Assembly: GCA_964016885.1 (NCBI GenBank)
Contig: OZ024740.1
Coordinates: forward strand, 145,328,001-145,392,000
Origin: Eledone cirrhosa
Taxonomy: Eukaryota
DNA length: 64,000 nucleotides
Direction of reading: 5' to 3'
Shown: positions 1 to 13,300 of the stretch, one piece after another
How the letters are laid out: each line of letters begins with the position of its first letter
Position numbering within the stretch: position 1 is the first letter of the stretch
Translations under genes and position numbers: made by a program
The notes under the pieces: model-generated
What the model saw: the letters and a program-made list of their open reading frames with translations, nothing else
The model's database searches: none
What the model was told of the DNA's origin: nothing

Positions 1-290
1 AGCCAGTCCCACTCTCTTAACCAAGTTGATATTTACCAAAAAGAAGAACAGGTCAACATCATTGGATACCATCAGAGTTGCAGGTGTTATATCAGAGTTT
101 TCCTTCTCCTAGAATTCTGCATTGACAAAGGCTAAGGGGTCATCTCTCCCGGTGATTTTGGATGGCCATTGACTCTTAAGAGCTCTTTTGCCCTTTGACA
201 GGTTTTGTTTTTAGTCTTGCAGGATGTCCAAAGAAACCTTGGTGGGGCTGCCAGTTTAGTCGCCAACGACCCGACCATGAGGCAGGTTGT
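1..290 (-). mobile_element. Non-autonomous RTE-derived element, partial (runs off the window start)
   Basis: Colinear with 39703-40070. Positions 155-290 match the 5' head of the RTE at 34440-34612 (tttagtcgccaacgacccgaccatga). Abuts an (ACAT)n tract. Confidence 0.75.
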
Positions 291-321
291 ACATACATAC
301 ATACATACATACATACATACA

Positions 322-354
<33 letters not shown>

Positions 355-478
355 GTATGAGTTGAGCTGTGTAAACAGGAGAAATAAAACTCATAGGTAG
401 AGATATGTATATTTTCTCATACTGAGAAGTTATACTAGTGACACGAGGACCAGAAATATGCTTAAATGCACTCGTTAA

Positions 479-556
<78 letters not shown>
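290..556. repeat. (ACAT)n and (GT)n microsatellites
   Basis: Simple repeats at 290-350 and 482-556. Confidence 0.95.
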
Positions 557-557
<1 letters not shown>

Positions 558-741
558 ACATGCAAATAGAGAGTCGTGTTTCGAATATGGAAAGTGGGAA
601 AAATTTCTTTCGACTGAAACTATCCTCAGGTGATAAGAAATAAGTAAGAGAACTTATATAGACTAAGTTTAAACATTTAGAACAATTTTAAACAATTCAG
701 TTTGAGCGGATCTTATCTATAAACCAACTAAGTGAAAGCAA

Positions 742-778
742 CGGATACGTTTCGATTTTATTAAATCTCTTCAGTGAA
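742..778 (-). ncRNA. Degenerate minimal hammerhead ribozyme motif
   Basis: Minus strand reads CTGAAGA-GATTT aata AAATC-GAAAC-GTA. Core and stem II are perfect, but stem I does not pair beyond 1 bp. Confidence 0.35.
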
Positions 779-799
779 GCATATTAGCAAGTCTAGACA

Positions 800-930
800 A
801 GTTCCAGCTCTTTACGTATTGAGTTCAAATCCGACCGAAGTCAACTTCGCTATTCATCCTTCCGAGGTCGCTAAAATAAAGTACCGGTAAAGTACTAAGA
901 TCGATTTTATCTACTTACCTCCCCCCAAAA
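800..930 (+). mobile_element. tRNA-derived SINE fragment (family A)
   Basis: gagttcaaatcc B-box-like motif followed by the ttcatccttccgaggtcg-taaaataaagtacc core shared by all copies. Confidence 0.75.
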
Positions 931-945
931 ATTATTCATGTATCT

Positions 946-1124
946 TGGTGGATTCGCAGTATCGGTAGAGGGTCTGACGCCATGCTTTGCAGCAAAGAGT
1001 TACGGCTCTTTATGATCTGAGTTCAAATCCCACCACTTTGCCTTTCATCCTTACGGGGGTCAATAAAATAAAACGCCAATAATACACTGGGATAAATGCT
1101 GGCCTTGTGCCAAATATAGAAATA
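946..1124 (+). mobile_element. tRNA-derived SINE (family A) with TSD
   Basis: A-box-like tggattcgcagtatcggtag, B-box gagttcaaatccc and the conserved core. Flanked by the direct repeat attattcatgta at 931-942 and 1125-1136. Confidence 0.85.
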
Positions 1125-1508
1125 ATTATTCATGTAGCTTTTTATAGCTCTTGTCAGAGGTAACTTTCAAATTTGCGTGTAGTCTGTTCCAATCAAATAT
1201 AAACAGTACAATGCCATTGGGGCTAACTAGAATAAGAAATACTCTGAAATATAGATATGGTCTGTCTCGGTTACTCGATGTCAATAGAATAATATGAATG
1301 TGGAACAGATGAAAGGAATACAAGAATCAAGCAAATATTGTTCTTTGTACTTATTGACAGCGTTCACAAATAAATATGTAACATTTTACTAAACTGTATT
1401 ATATTAATGCACATAAAATATCTTTATATATTTATATGCATACAGCAGAAAACCTTCATAATCTAATGTGTGAGTATGCAGTGACGTTAATGATAGATTT
1501 CTATAAAC

Positions 1509-1561
<53 letters not shown>

Positions 1562-1612
1562 TATATATATACAGTATATATATATATTTTTTTTTTCACA
1601 TATATATATCTA

Positions 1613-1758
1613 CCACGCTACGAGTGGTAGATTGATGCAAATAAATATATCCAGAGAATTTGATATATCAAATTAATGTAGGTACGCATATATATATATA
1701 TATATATATATCAAATTCTCTGGATTTATTTGCAACAATCTATCACTCGTAGCGTTGG
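1613..1758. repeat. About 55-bp imperfect inverted repeat around (TA)n
   Basis: Arm 1613-1668 is the reverse complement of about 1705-1758, with a few mismatches and one indel. Confidence 0.85.
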
Positions 1759-3379
1759 TGTGATATTATTTATTGCTGAAACCTATTAGGTAATTATCTT
1801 TGAACTTTGACGAACATTTAAGAAATGCATAACTTTATAGAGTGTTTGCTAATGACTGAAAGTTATATTCCTTTCCTATTTTCAATATTTATTTATTTAT
1901 TTCACAATAAAAATGATCATGGCCTCTTTCAGATATACACGAACTTGAAAATCTCTAATCTCAACAGGAGCTGTTTTACATTGAATGATATGCTATTACA
2001 GTAATTGGAGAAGACACTGATGTACAATGCGCGAATCAAACAAAGTACCCGTGAAGGCAGTTTATTTAATTTGGCACCATTGCTTCCGAATGTTGGGCAA
2101 CACCCAAAAGAATGTTAGGCGTCTCATCTGTAAGTCAACCACTGACACTTATTTATGACATGATCCAAATCTACATGTGGTATTTCTTCTCTAGTTCCTC
2201 TGCTGCCGTCAGCATATGATTATTACTGTTTTTGTCTCGTGTAATTAATCATTTAATGATGTCTCTATATAATGTTTGGCTGTAAAACACTGGTTATTAA
2301 ACGACGTGTGCCACGAGATGTAACTAGGTGCATCATGAAAATAAGAAAATTAAAGTTAAAAATACAAACTGGAATACTAAATTTAAAGTCTTAATATAAT
2401 GCGAGAAATAACTGCAAACGTGTCAACTGTTTTAAATTAAAAGATTATGTATGCAAAAATATTAAAAATACTAAGAATCTGAATTGATATTTGTTATTGC
2501 TGAGAACATTTATATCTTTTTTTTTTTCTTACAATGAATATTAACTTTTCATATGTTTCTTCATTTCTTTTATCTCGTATATTAATCATGTGTCTTCAGA
2601 GGGTGATTTAAATTTCTTTCTGTTTAAACTGATCTTGTCCGTACATTTTCAATCGTGTTTACATCAGATGTATGAAATTGAAATATTCTTAAACCTATGC
2701 AGAAGTGTGATTTAGGTCAGTATCTTATTGTAATTTAAACTTCCTAAACTTTAACTTCGTAGCAGATTGAGCTAAATTATTGGCTAATATATCAATATAT
2801 TAACTTGTATTTATTGTGACTTCAATAAATGATTATTTGGCCACGCTTTTATAGGACCATACAATGGCACACATATTTTAAATCTAAAATCTTTTTTTTC
2901 CACACTTATCTTCTTCCAGCTATTTTAAACTGAGCAACGCATTTCAACGCTAACTCTAACATAATTTCAATAGCCATCTGCCATATATGACCATCATTAA
3001 ACACATACGATATGATTTGATTGGAAATTCATTTATAAAAATTCCATAATATTAGACCATGTTAATCACATAAAATCGCTCACATACTTACATAAATAAT
3101 CTACGGATAACAATCTATATATAGCAATCTGTTACTACCCTTTCCACAAAATACTACTCATGCAATGTGCAGCGAAGTGCATAAGTCAAAATCCGAACTG
3201 CAAAGACATATGATAAGTACACAAGAATGGCATTTCACAGGCAGACCCAATCAGTCTTGTAGAGCTACCGAGTTATATCTATTATGATTGTTCTAGACCT
3301 CGTAAATTATCAGCTGCTCTTAAGAGTAATCTCAGATTTCATAGACGAAAGGCAGTGAACAACGTTTGATGGAACAACT

Positions 3380-3595
3380 AATAATTTCTAATTTAGAAAC
3401 AAGGCCAGTAATTTTGGAGAAAGGGAAAGTCGATTAAATCGACCGCAGTACTTGACTGGTACTTTATTTTATCGACCTGCGAACGGATGAAATGTAAAAG
3501 TGACCTCAGTGAGATTTGAATACAGAATGGAAAGAGCCGTAACAATACCATAAAGCATTTGTCTGGGGCTCTAACGATTCTGTCAATCCACCTTC
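3380..3595 (-). mobile_element. tRNA-derived SINE (family A), diverged
   Basis: Reverse complement of the family A core (ctggtactttattttatcgacc...gatgaaa). Confidence 0.8.
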
Positions 3596-3721
3596 ATGAC
3601 TGAACAGTTAATAATGAAACAATTATCATCTGGTAATATAGATATAACTACAGTGTTTTTTTTCTAATTTAAAGTTTCACTGTGAAAAGAGTAAATACTT
3701 TACATGATTTCCTCTGTACAT

Positions 3722-3930
3722 GGGTCGGTAGATTGTTAGTATCAGTAGAGCGTCGGACAAAATAGTTTGCGGTGTTTAGTTCAAAAATTTCTACGTTCTA
3801 TGTTCAAATCCCGCCTAGGTAAACATTGCCTTCATCCCTCCGGGGTCAATAAAATATAGTACCAGTTAAATACCGGCGTAGATATAATCGATTACCCCAC
3901 TTCTGCCAAATTGATGGCCATGTGTCAATG
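3722..3930 (+). mobile_element. tRNA-derived SINE (family A), diverged
   Basis: gttcaaatcccgcc...ttcatccctccggggtcaataaaatatagtaccag. Confidence 0.8.
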
Positions 3931-5597
3931 CTGGAAAGAGTTATTTCTTCGGTACACAAATAAATATAAGAGATTACTTTTATGAATTTCGGAAATTATT
4001 GTTTCATTAGTAGATGTATATGTATATACAATGCACATTCTACTCAAACCATCCTTTGTTTCTGTATGTTTATCTGAGAAATTAACTTTGGATTCATATA
4101 TGTTAGACATCAAAGATGAGATTCTGCGAAATATAAATTTTCGTGAAAGATGTGTTTCGAAAGTGGGAATAGATGTACCGTGTCTGAATCAAGTTTAACT
4201 TAGCAAAACTGAAAGAATATTCCAGTTGTGTCTATTCCACCTTTTTTTATAACTACGTCTTCATTTCATTTCCTTTTAAAGACAGTAAGGTGTAGCTTAA
4301 GAGAGATTTAGCTGCTATTTCTGGTAGGTCGAACAACCGCATAGAAGTTCCATTGTTTGATCTTCAAACTTTTGTTTCGTTATGATCACTATGACCATCC
4401 TGTTATTTTTATCCTGACTGTGTATTTAAAATGACAGTATCGAATGTACCCTTCTTTTTCTTGAAAGACATTAGAGTTGTGATTTGAAAATTAATAATAT
4501 GGTAATTTTCTGTGGGTATCATTTAAGGCAAACTACTCAGCCGAAAATTAATATCAATTTAATCAACTGCCGAAAAATTTAATTACCATGGTAAAATAAC
4601 CATTCTGAAGAAACAGAAGGTAAAATAACAAATGTGAAACTAAATTTAAACACAGACTCCGAAACTAATATACTGAATCTGAAATCAGCTTAGCGTACCA
4701 ATAAAGAAACAATATACTAGTCACGACTACCCCCGCCTATTTTGTATGAATACATTAATCGTGTGATTTCGTTTTTGAAGGGTGTAATTTGAGAGAAATT
4801 TGAAAGCTTTATCTAACATATACAAATATATGCATTTATGTATGTATGTTCTGGTTATTTATAATTTTATAAATTGTATGTATGTATGTATGTATTTATT
4901 TATTATTTATACACACAACTTATATATATGCAAGATGTTTCAACATTTTCGGTAATATTTACATTTGACAGAGTTGCATCTAATTTATCTCATGTTTCTT
5001 ATCCTTAACCTTCAGTGAGCTGACATTTATACATCTAGGAGCTATGATATTTTGATGTCGCTGTTTCCCGATATTCTGTAAAATAATATGCAGTGCAGAA
5101 TGAACGAATGAAAACATTATTTTATCACGTCTTCGAGTGAGTGTGTAACCAAATGCCAGTCCTTGGGCCGAAAATGCTTCCATGTTTATTTGGTTGATGC
5201 AACAGTATGCTTGTGAAAAAGGTGTCAAGTTCATTACAAAAGGATAATAGACGCTGTCTATTGTTATTTTGTCGATATGCAATAAAGTCACCAAGACGTA
5301 CGTCCTTGTTATTTTGAAGGACGATTGAAATGACAGATCGTAAGTTACCATAAAACGCGTCTTAGTTGTGTTGCTTACATGAGATTGCTGAAGTATAGCA
5401 AGTAGTTTATTAAATATGCTGAGTTCACCTCCTTCAGATCTACTTTTAATGTCATATGATCAATTTGAACTTTCGGTACATGAGTAAACAATTTTAAGGG
5501 CTCTTTTTATCGCCTCCTAATTCGAGGAAAGCAGTACTACATTTGAAAAATACATGTATGTATGTATGTATGTATGTATGTATGTATGTATGTATGT

Positions 5598-7420
5598 TCT
5601 TCTGGTTTTATAATTTCGCAATTTTTTTCCCAATAGAGAGAGTCGGTTTCTAACGTAGACACAAGACTCTCTCATTGGAATTTACACAACATCAAATGCA
5701 TGTGTAGATATGGATGTTATTGTATGTGTGGATGTGGATGTTTTGAGTTGTATGTGTGCATGTGTATATGCTTTGTATCTGTACATGTGTATATGCAGTT
5801 ATTAGATGCAACATTTTTGGAATGTTTTACATATTTTTACTGTTCCATTAATGGATTGTACTTGTAATTTCCTAACTAGTTGTGTTCTTTCTGTTCCTGT
5901 GAAGCCTAGCTTCTCAAAATTTGTATTGAGGCAGTTACTAATATACCCCAGTGCCCCAATAATCACAGGCATAAATCTGAAGGTGTAATCAGGGTGGAGT
6001 ATCTGCAGATTTCTCATCAGTTCTGCATAAATATTCTCCTTTTCGCTAATCTTTGATATTAGATTGACATCTGCTGGGCAGCTAATTTCTACTACTGTGC
6101 ATGCCTTCTTTTCCCTGTCCCATATCATAGTATCTGGTCTGTTATGCCTGCATTTTATTGGGTTTTTTACTGGAACATTCCACCAGTACTCTTTCATATT
6201 ATGTACATGGATGTCTTCCACATTGCTGTAGCTTTTAATGTGTTTATTATCGGGGCTATCTTTTTTACGAACTGCATTGTACAGTGTTTTGGCCACTACA
6301 TCATGCCTCATAGGTAGATAGTATCGCGATGACATCAGCTGCTGATGACATGGGTGATATCCTCGATGTTAGTTCTGCAGAGTCTGCACTTGTTATCACA
6401 TCTAGGTGTTTTGCCTGCATCCCTATCTCTTTTGTGGATCAGGTATTTCGTGTTAATCTCCTGTTCTTGGATTGCAAAAGCGTATCCTTCTAAGTGGGAG
6501 TCAATATAGCGGTTGTTGGTCCAAGATAGACTACTTTCCTTATCTATATTACTCTCACTCTAGAGCTTCCTGGCAACATATCCATGCATGATTTTATGCT
6601 GATAAGCATGCAGTTTTTCATCCATGGATTCACTGCGATATTGCTGAGTGATTTCCCTGGGTGTGAGTTTTTGATTATCTCACAGGGAATATCTCTCGAG
6701 GAGTTCCTTCCCAACTCTCATGATCTTATCTGTTTCATGCAGATAGACTTGCTCGAGAGACAGGCTCCTACGCTTCGAGGTTCGTAGATGTTGTCGGAGA
6801 GATATGATGCGACATTCAAATGCTGTCTGGACTGATGTTAGGCCTCTGCCTCCCTGCTTACGTTTCAATTAAAGGCGGTCTATGTCACTGTTGATGTGGA
6901 AGTTTTCGGTATTGATTAGTATTTTTCGAGTTCCAACATGAACTGCTCGGATTTCGTCTATCGTCCAATTGAGTATTCCAAACGTTGGTGTTAGGACAGG
7001 CACAGCAAACACATTGTGACCACTGTTTTGTTTTGCGTAGAGAGTTCCGATGACCAAATCTTTCTTAATCGGGTGTAGTATTCCCTGGTTACGCGTTCCT
7101 TATTACAGATACCATTATAGGATATGTTCTCATCTATCCCCAGGTATCTGTAGCAGTCCTCATCAGATATCGGTGAAACAGTTAGGACATTGATGACAAT
7201 GTTGCTAGATTGGGTTGTTGTTTTTCCCCGCTTTACAGTCATGTATGAGCATTTATCTTGGCCAAACTCCATTCCTATATCCTTTGAGAACGTTGTAACC
7301 AGGTCAAGATTTTTCTTCATCCCATCCATGTTCTTGGCATAGAGTTTCAGATCGTCCACAAAGAAATTATGGGTTAGGTTCGTATTTCTGTCCTCGTGTG
7401 AGCCAATGATGTATCCCTCA
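5598..7420 (-). mobile_element. 5'-truncated R4/Dong-like (RLE-type) non-LTR retrotransposon
   Basis: Broken reading frames give RT (THNFFVDDLKLY, MEFGQDKC, YRYLG), a CCHC-type knuckle (CRLCRTNIEDITHVIS) and the RHD / HNRPD..D / VVEISCP / PVIIGALG restriction-like endonuclease motifs. Flanked on both sides by (TATG)n. Confidence 0.9.
5802..7420 (-). pseudogene. Frameshifted RT + zinc knuckle + RLE endonuclease ORF
   Basis: ORF pieces 6991-7359, 6869-7057, 6680-6868 and 5802-6335 join through frameshifts or stops. Confidence 0.85.
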
Positions 7421-7421
7421 C

Positions 7422-7452
<31 letters not shown>

Positions 7453-7660
7453 TGTATGTATGTATGTATGTATGTATGTATGTATGTATGTATGTATGTA
7501 TGTATGTATGTGTAGGTAGATAGATAGGTAGATAGATAAATAGGTAGGTAGGTAGGTAGGTAGGTAGGTAGGTATGTAGGTAGGTAGGTAGGTAGATCGA
7601 TAGACAGACAGATAGATGGATAGATAAATGGGTGGATAGAAAGAAAGAAAGATAGATATA
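7421..7660. repeat. Compound (TATG)n/(GGTA)n/(GATA)n microsatellite
   Basis: Simple repeats between the Dong-like and Tx1 elements. Confidence 0.95.
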
Positions 7661-7895
7661 TTTCTTTATTTGCCACAAGGGCTCACAAGAAAAGGGGACA
7701 ATACAAAGACACATGCCGGGGATTTTACATACAGTCGTGTAAAAATATTGAAATAAACAATTACAACAATCGAAATCCCCAATAGGGGGGAAGCGCCACA
7801 AATGGGTTGTTTAATACCCCGTCGATAGAACAATCCTCAACTCCAGGAGCATGTTGTGTAAGTGCTCCTTTCTTCCTTTTGCTCTCTTCTTCAAC

Positions 7896-10800
7896 CTACA
7901 TGCTTATAAACAGAGAAGGCCCAATCACTCGGGCCATTTTCGCTTCATTCACCCACCTTTCAGTAAATTTACTGGGGTGCAGTGCCTCTCTCTCCACTCT
8001 GATTCTCCTTCTAAAGTGATACTTAAAGAGAAAGGCATCTGTCCTCAGTCCTCTCAACCTCGTCCACCATATAACTTCTTTCACCATAGCCACCGTACAG
8101 AGGAAAACCGCCTCTCTTTCGTTTTTGAAAGAGGCTGGTGGTTTGATCCTTACTATGGACTCGGCAGTCAACTGGATTGTCCCATACGCGATAGCAGTTG
8201 TTCTGCATAGTTCCACAGGTCGGTTACGCGCAGGACTGTTTCAATGTCCTGCGCGCATCTTGGAAACGTCCTCTTGGAAGGATCCCTGCCGGGGCGTCCG
8301 TGCCTGTAGATCTTGTCACGAACCGGTAGAGCTCCTCGGTAGCACTGCCAGGCCAGGGACCTCTGGAAGTAGTCCATAGGTCCCGGGCGGAAAGTCCTAC
8401 CAAACAGACTGGTGAGCTCATCGTCTTCGACGCCCAGAGTCTCTCCGAGCACGTTGTCGCCCTTGTAACGTACAATCCCTCTATAGAATGTCGAAGTGGA
8501 GTCTCCACTGATTGCTGCGCCCGCTTGCCAGAGGACTGTGAGCGCCTGAGCGCATTCAATGTGCCAGGCGCCCATCGTTTTCGGTCTTTTCTTGACCCAG
8601 GACTGCAGCTTCATCAGCGAGACGAGCTGTGGGAAAGCCTGTCTCACAAACGGTGCCCACACCGGTTGGTGGTCGGTGAGGAATACCTGGAGATGCCGCA
8701 GCCTCAGCGCATGTTTGCGCATCATCAGCCACGGCATTCCCAGCCCTCCGTTGGAAGGGTGCTGACAGCAGACGGATCTCCTCACCAGCGGAGCCTGCTT
8801 CTTCCACAGAAACTGGAAGAGCATGCGTTCCATCTTGGCGAGGTGTTCATGAGGACAAGACACGACAGTCAAGCGGTAGTAGATGACGGACGCTATGAAA
8901 GTGTTCGCCACCTCCGCTCGACCGTTCAAGGACAGTTTGTACTCTGCCCACTTCTGGGTGAGTGCAAACACCTTGGCCGTGACCTCGTTCCAGTTTTTCT
9001 TCACCTGGAGGTCTGGCCCGAACCAGACCCTGAGCAATTTCACCGGTCCGTCCAGCGTCCAACGACGCTGTCGGACGTCATCGGTTTGCCTCTCCACATA
9101 CCGAGTTGCAAACCGACAGACTTGTCCGGGTTTAGTTTTGCTCCCGTCAGCGTTTCGTATTCTTTCAGTAAGTTGCCGATCACCCCGATTTCCGAAGTGC
9201 TCGACACCATTACCGTTATGTCGTCGGCATAAGCCGACGCCGCTTTGCGCAGTCCCGGTTCCAGAGGGATGCCCTGCAACAGCTCCAATTTCCGCAGTAG
9301 TGGCTCTCGAGTCAATACATACAGAATGGAGGAAAGAGAGCACCCCTGTCGAATGGAACGCGTGATTGCGAACGGCTCCGATAGGTAGCCGTTCACCTTG
9401 ACCCTCGAGCAGATGCTGGTGTGCATCGCCTCGATCCATCCTCTGAACACGGGACGGAAACCGGCCACCTTGAGAACCGCTTCCAAGTATCGATGGTCGA
9501 CCCTATCGAATGCCTTAGACTGATCTAAGTTGATCAAAGCCCCACCGAAGCCGGGTTTACTACCTACCCTCTCTATGATGTATCGCATGAGGTGGAGGTT
9601 GACGTGTATGGACCTGGTCGGGATTGCACACGTTTGCGCTTTCCCTACCACGTTCTCAACGACAAGAGCCAACCTCGTCGCTAGCACCTTGGCCAAAATC
9701 TTTAACTCTGTGTTGGACAGAGTTATGGGCCTGAAGTTGTTAATTTCGTTCCTCTTGTTCTCGTCTTTCCTGATCAGCGTTACTACGCCCTTGCCTGCAG
9801 AACTGGGAATTCTCCCGTTCTGCTGCCAATTGCAGTAGACGGCTTCGAGGACGCCAGAGAACAAGTCCGGCATGCCTATGTAAAATTCGTAGGGTAGACC
9901 ATCTAGACCGGGTGACTTGCGTTTCCCGCAGCGGCCCAGAGCGTCCCGTATCTCAGTGTCTGTGATCGGTCTTTCGCAGAACTCGGCGTCCGTGTTCGAG
10001 AGACGCGGCAGGCCGTCGAGGTATGAACTAAAGTCCATTGCCCCGTTCGGCTCACCGTCGTTCTGCTCAAACAGTCGCGCAAAGTGCCGCTGAAAGGCCG
10101 CGCACATTTGCTTGGGGTCAAGTAGCACGCGTCCGTTTTGGTCTTTCAAAGACCGAATCGTGGACTTGTTGCCACTTTTTGCCTCCGCCACTCGGGCCCA
10201 GCTGACAGCTTTCGCTCCTTCGTTTCCTAGAGCACGTGTTTTGCTTCTGACCACGCAGCCTTCGTGTTTCGCATCGAAGAACTGGTCCAGTGCCGTTCTC
10301 GATGTTAGCACTCTAGCTGCGTTGCCACTCCTAAGCGCCTCTTCTACCTTGGCTACTAGTTCTCTTTCTATTCTGTTTTTCTCTAAGGTTAACTCTCTGC
10401 TATACCCTATCGATTCTATTCTAATTGCTTTCTTGAGAGAGTACCACCATCTATTGTTGACGATGGCTCCCGTTAACTGTTGCTTGACTAGTCTACTTAT
10501 CCGTTCACTGTAAGCTTTACGTGCCAGCAACGACACGTTCAGCTTCCAGTATCCGGGACCCTGTCTATGTATTCTATCACGGTTGACTAAGCAGACGACT
10601 AACTTGTGATCTGAATAGGCAACCATGTGCATTCGTGGACAGCTTAACATCTCTTTATCCCTTTCTCTAATGAAGAACCTATCTAAATACGATCTAGATG
10701 TCCCACTGCGGTTTACCCACGTCCACTGTGGTGCAGTCGGGAAATCCAGTCGATACCTATCGGCCAGTTGGAATTGTCCGATTAAAGTTTTGAGGCTGTT

Positions 10801-11292
10801 GCACCCCGCTCTACTGGGAAATGCTCCCACATAGTCCCATCGTGCATCTAGGATACCATTCCAGTCCCCCACTAAAAGTAAGGAGCAAGACGTTCCCAGA
10901 AAAGACTCTAGATGCTTAAAGAAGTCTGGCCGTGATTGCGATTGCCCGGTCGGAGCATAAACGGCCACCAGTCTGAAGGCGCCACCTCCGATGCTGTTCA
11001 CGTCTAGGACTACCAGTCTACCCTCCGGGTCCAAGTGTACTTGCTGTACTTCGACGTCCAGGTTCTTCCGAAACATGACAACCACTCCACCCCCACCTCC
11101 TGGCTGACAGAGAGATGCGTAGATCTCAAAGTCGTCGAAGATGGGGGTTAGTTGCTGCCTGTTGTTGATCCTGGACTCGGTGATGGCTATCACATCCATA
11201 CCGTGTGACCTAAGGTCGTTTAAAAGTTGGCCCTGTTTCCAGGGCATCCCTAGGCCACGCACATTCACTCTTCCAACTCGTAAACTAGCCAT
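7896..11292 (-). pseudogene. Tx1 ORF2: apurinic-like endonuclease + reverse transcriptase, frameshifted near 9050 and 8200
   Basis: APE motifs NVRG, AVYAP, LVGDWN, SYLDRFF and SDHK. L1/Tx1 linker GPGYWKLN. RT motifs KSPGLDG, FRPITL, DQSKAFDRV, IRQGCSLS and YADD. C-terminal GGLG and CxxC remnants. Confidence 0.9.
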
Positions 11293-11416
11293 GTTGGTGA
11301 AGAAGAGTTGGAGAAAAAGGGCGAAAGGTGCACTTACCTTTTCGTTTCCTGGAGATCGGGTTGTTCAATCTTCATTTGGGTGCTGGATGGGGTGTTGGGT
11401 GGGGTGGGGAAACATT

Positions 11417-12867
11417 TTAACAGGACGCGGTTGATGGGTTTCTGGCAGGGTTGCCCATGTCCTGTGAAAATTTATTTTTTAGGTCATTATAGGTTTCCAT
11501 AGAAACCCTTATAAGTTTAAGGTGTGGAGACGATTCTGCCTTGACGAAAGTTTTGCCCTCCGTCTCCACCTTGGGGTTTTGGGAGATGACCTCCATCAAA
11601 TTCTTGTTGTTTGTGTTGATGTATGCGTATTGTTGTTTGTGTTTTTGTTGTGTTGTTTTAGTTTGTTTTTCGTCTGGGAGTTTTCTTTTTATGGTGGGGG
11701 CTTGTGTTTGGAGTGGTGTTGGTGTTGGTTTTGCTGATAGGGGAGTGTTTGACTGTGGTGTTGTTTGTGTTGTTGTTTGTGTCTGTGGTTGTGTGTTGGT
11801 GTTGGTGTTGGTGATTGGAGTTTTGGGGGTTTTGTCGTGTCTCTTTTTTTGTTTTTTAGATTTCCACGGCCCTCCCTCTTCTTCACTTAAAGAAGGAGAA
11901 GCAGCTTCATCCGTCGATGAATAATCATCGTCAGGTATGTGGGGTAGGGGTATGTTGTGTGGTGGTGGTGTTTCGGTGTGTGTGTTTGTGGTAGTGTTTG
12001 ATGGAGTGGGATGTAGTGGGGCTGTGTTCTTCAGGGGTGTTGTCTCTGTTTTTTTTCTGTTGTTGTTGGTTGAGTGTCTGTTTGTTTTGGTGTGGTTGCT
12101 CGTTTCGTCTCTCGTTGTACTTGTGGTGTGGTGGTTGTTTTGGTGTTGGTGTTGGTAATAGTGTTTTTTTAATGATATTGTTGTGTGTTTGTGAAGGACA
12201 AGAAGCTTTTAGGTGTGCTGTGCTAACACAGCGAAAGCAATGAAATTTTCGTCCTTCTACCGAAATGTTTATTTTGTTGTTACCATCGATGACGACTCTT
12301 TCGGGTATTTTGGAGATTCTCTCCGGCCTCATTTGCAACAGAATCTCCAAATCAGTACCCGCCCACCTTTGTCGAATAGACTTTCTTATCGAAACAATCA
12401 TATCAGTTTCTGGCTCTACGAAGCCAGCCAATATTTTTTTTTGTGTCCTTTTTCCCATGTATGTAGGTAGGGAAAAAGGTGAATGCTTTTGACACCATTG
12501 GTGTCACAGAATATTTTTGGGCGAGTGCCTCGCTTTTAAACAGTACGGAAACACTTCCGTACTGTTTCCCTCGTTGGAGAAAATCGATATTTGCTAGAAT
12601 TTCTTTGAAAGTAGCTTCTATATCTGCTTGACTAACAAATATTGGCTTTCTCGTGGAATTGGACACAGTCCTAAAGGTGACTGATCTTCGAACTGTGTCT
12701 TTCTTTATTTCAAGGGGTGAGTTAATTCTAAATTCACCTTTCTCTTCGAAAGTTACAAATTTTCTCCCTTGCTGGAGCATATCTCTTGCATTGGAGATGT
12801 CAAGATTTATAAAATCTTGTTTTTTTGTTCACTGTTTCAGCGAAAGACATTTTCTTTTTTTGTGTGG

Positions 12868-12901
<34 letters not shown>

Positions 12902-13146
12902 ATCGTTGTTATCGTTGTTATCGGTGTTGGAAATCTTAGTTCCTTGACGAGGTGAAACATTATGTGTAGATGTATCTGTGGAGTTGTTGATGTCTTTTTC
13001 ATGTGTATGTATGTTAATAGGTTTAATTTCTGTGTTTTCATGTGAGTTAGTGTTATTTTTCTCCGCTTCGACGGTAGAAATTGTACAATTTTCGAGTGGT
13101 AACATTTTTCCTCTTTGTTGACAGTCGTATCTACGACGACGTCCAT
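11417..13146 (-). pseudogene. Tx1 ORF1 (gag-like nucleic-acid-binding protein), frameshifted
   Basis: Pieces 12829-13146, 12800-13105, 12403-12780, 11931-12458 and 11417-11599. Contains a MSFAETV motif, EGRKFHCFRCVSTAHLKASCP (CX2CX4HX4C) and a low-complexity T/Q/N tail. Confidence 0.8.
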
Positions 13147-13300
13147 AGTAGCAGAAGCAGATATAACGTTGAAATCTGCCTATTTCTCTCTATTTTCTCT
13201 ATTGACGTTCTCCAGCGTTCCCTTCGTGTTATTCATGTTTTATAGTTTGCAAAATTTGATGTTTTAAAACAATTTTTAATTAAATTTTCACCCCTAAAAG

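Larger units (their letters stand above)
7661..13300 (-). mobile_element. Near-full-length Tx1/L1-clade LINE (ORF1 + ORF2, both disrupted)
   Basis: ORF1 has a CCHC knuckle and ORF2 has APE + RT. The 3' end has AATAAA (7665-7670 on the minus strand) running into a microsatellite. Confidence 0.92.

Noticed and set aside
132-565. ORFs rich in MYVC/HT/YI repeats (also 13774-14614, 16993-17553, 51502-52262, 59747-60103)
   Set aside because: They are translations of microsatellites, not genes.
600-632. CTGAGGA...GAAA on the minus strand
   Set aside because: Stem II and stem I do not form.
4980-5351. 123-aa minus-strand ORF
   Set aside because: No recognisable motif or convincing splice signals.
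8525-10834. Long + strand ORFs overlapping Tx1 ORF2
   Set aside because: Antisense shadows of a GC-rich coding region with no motifs.
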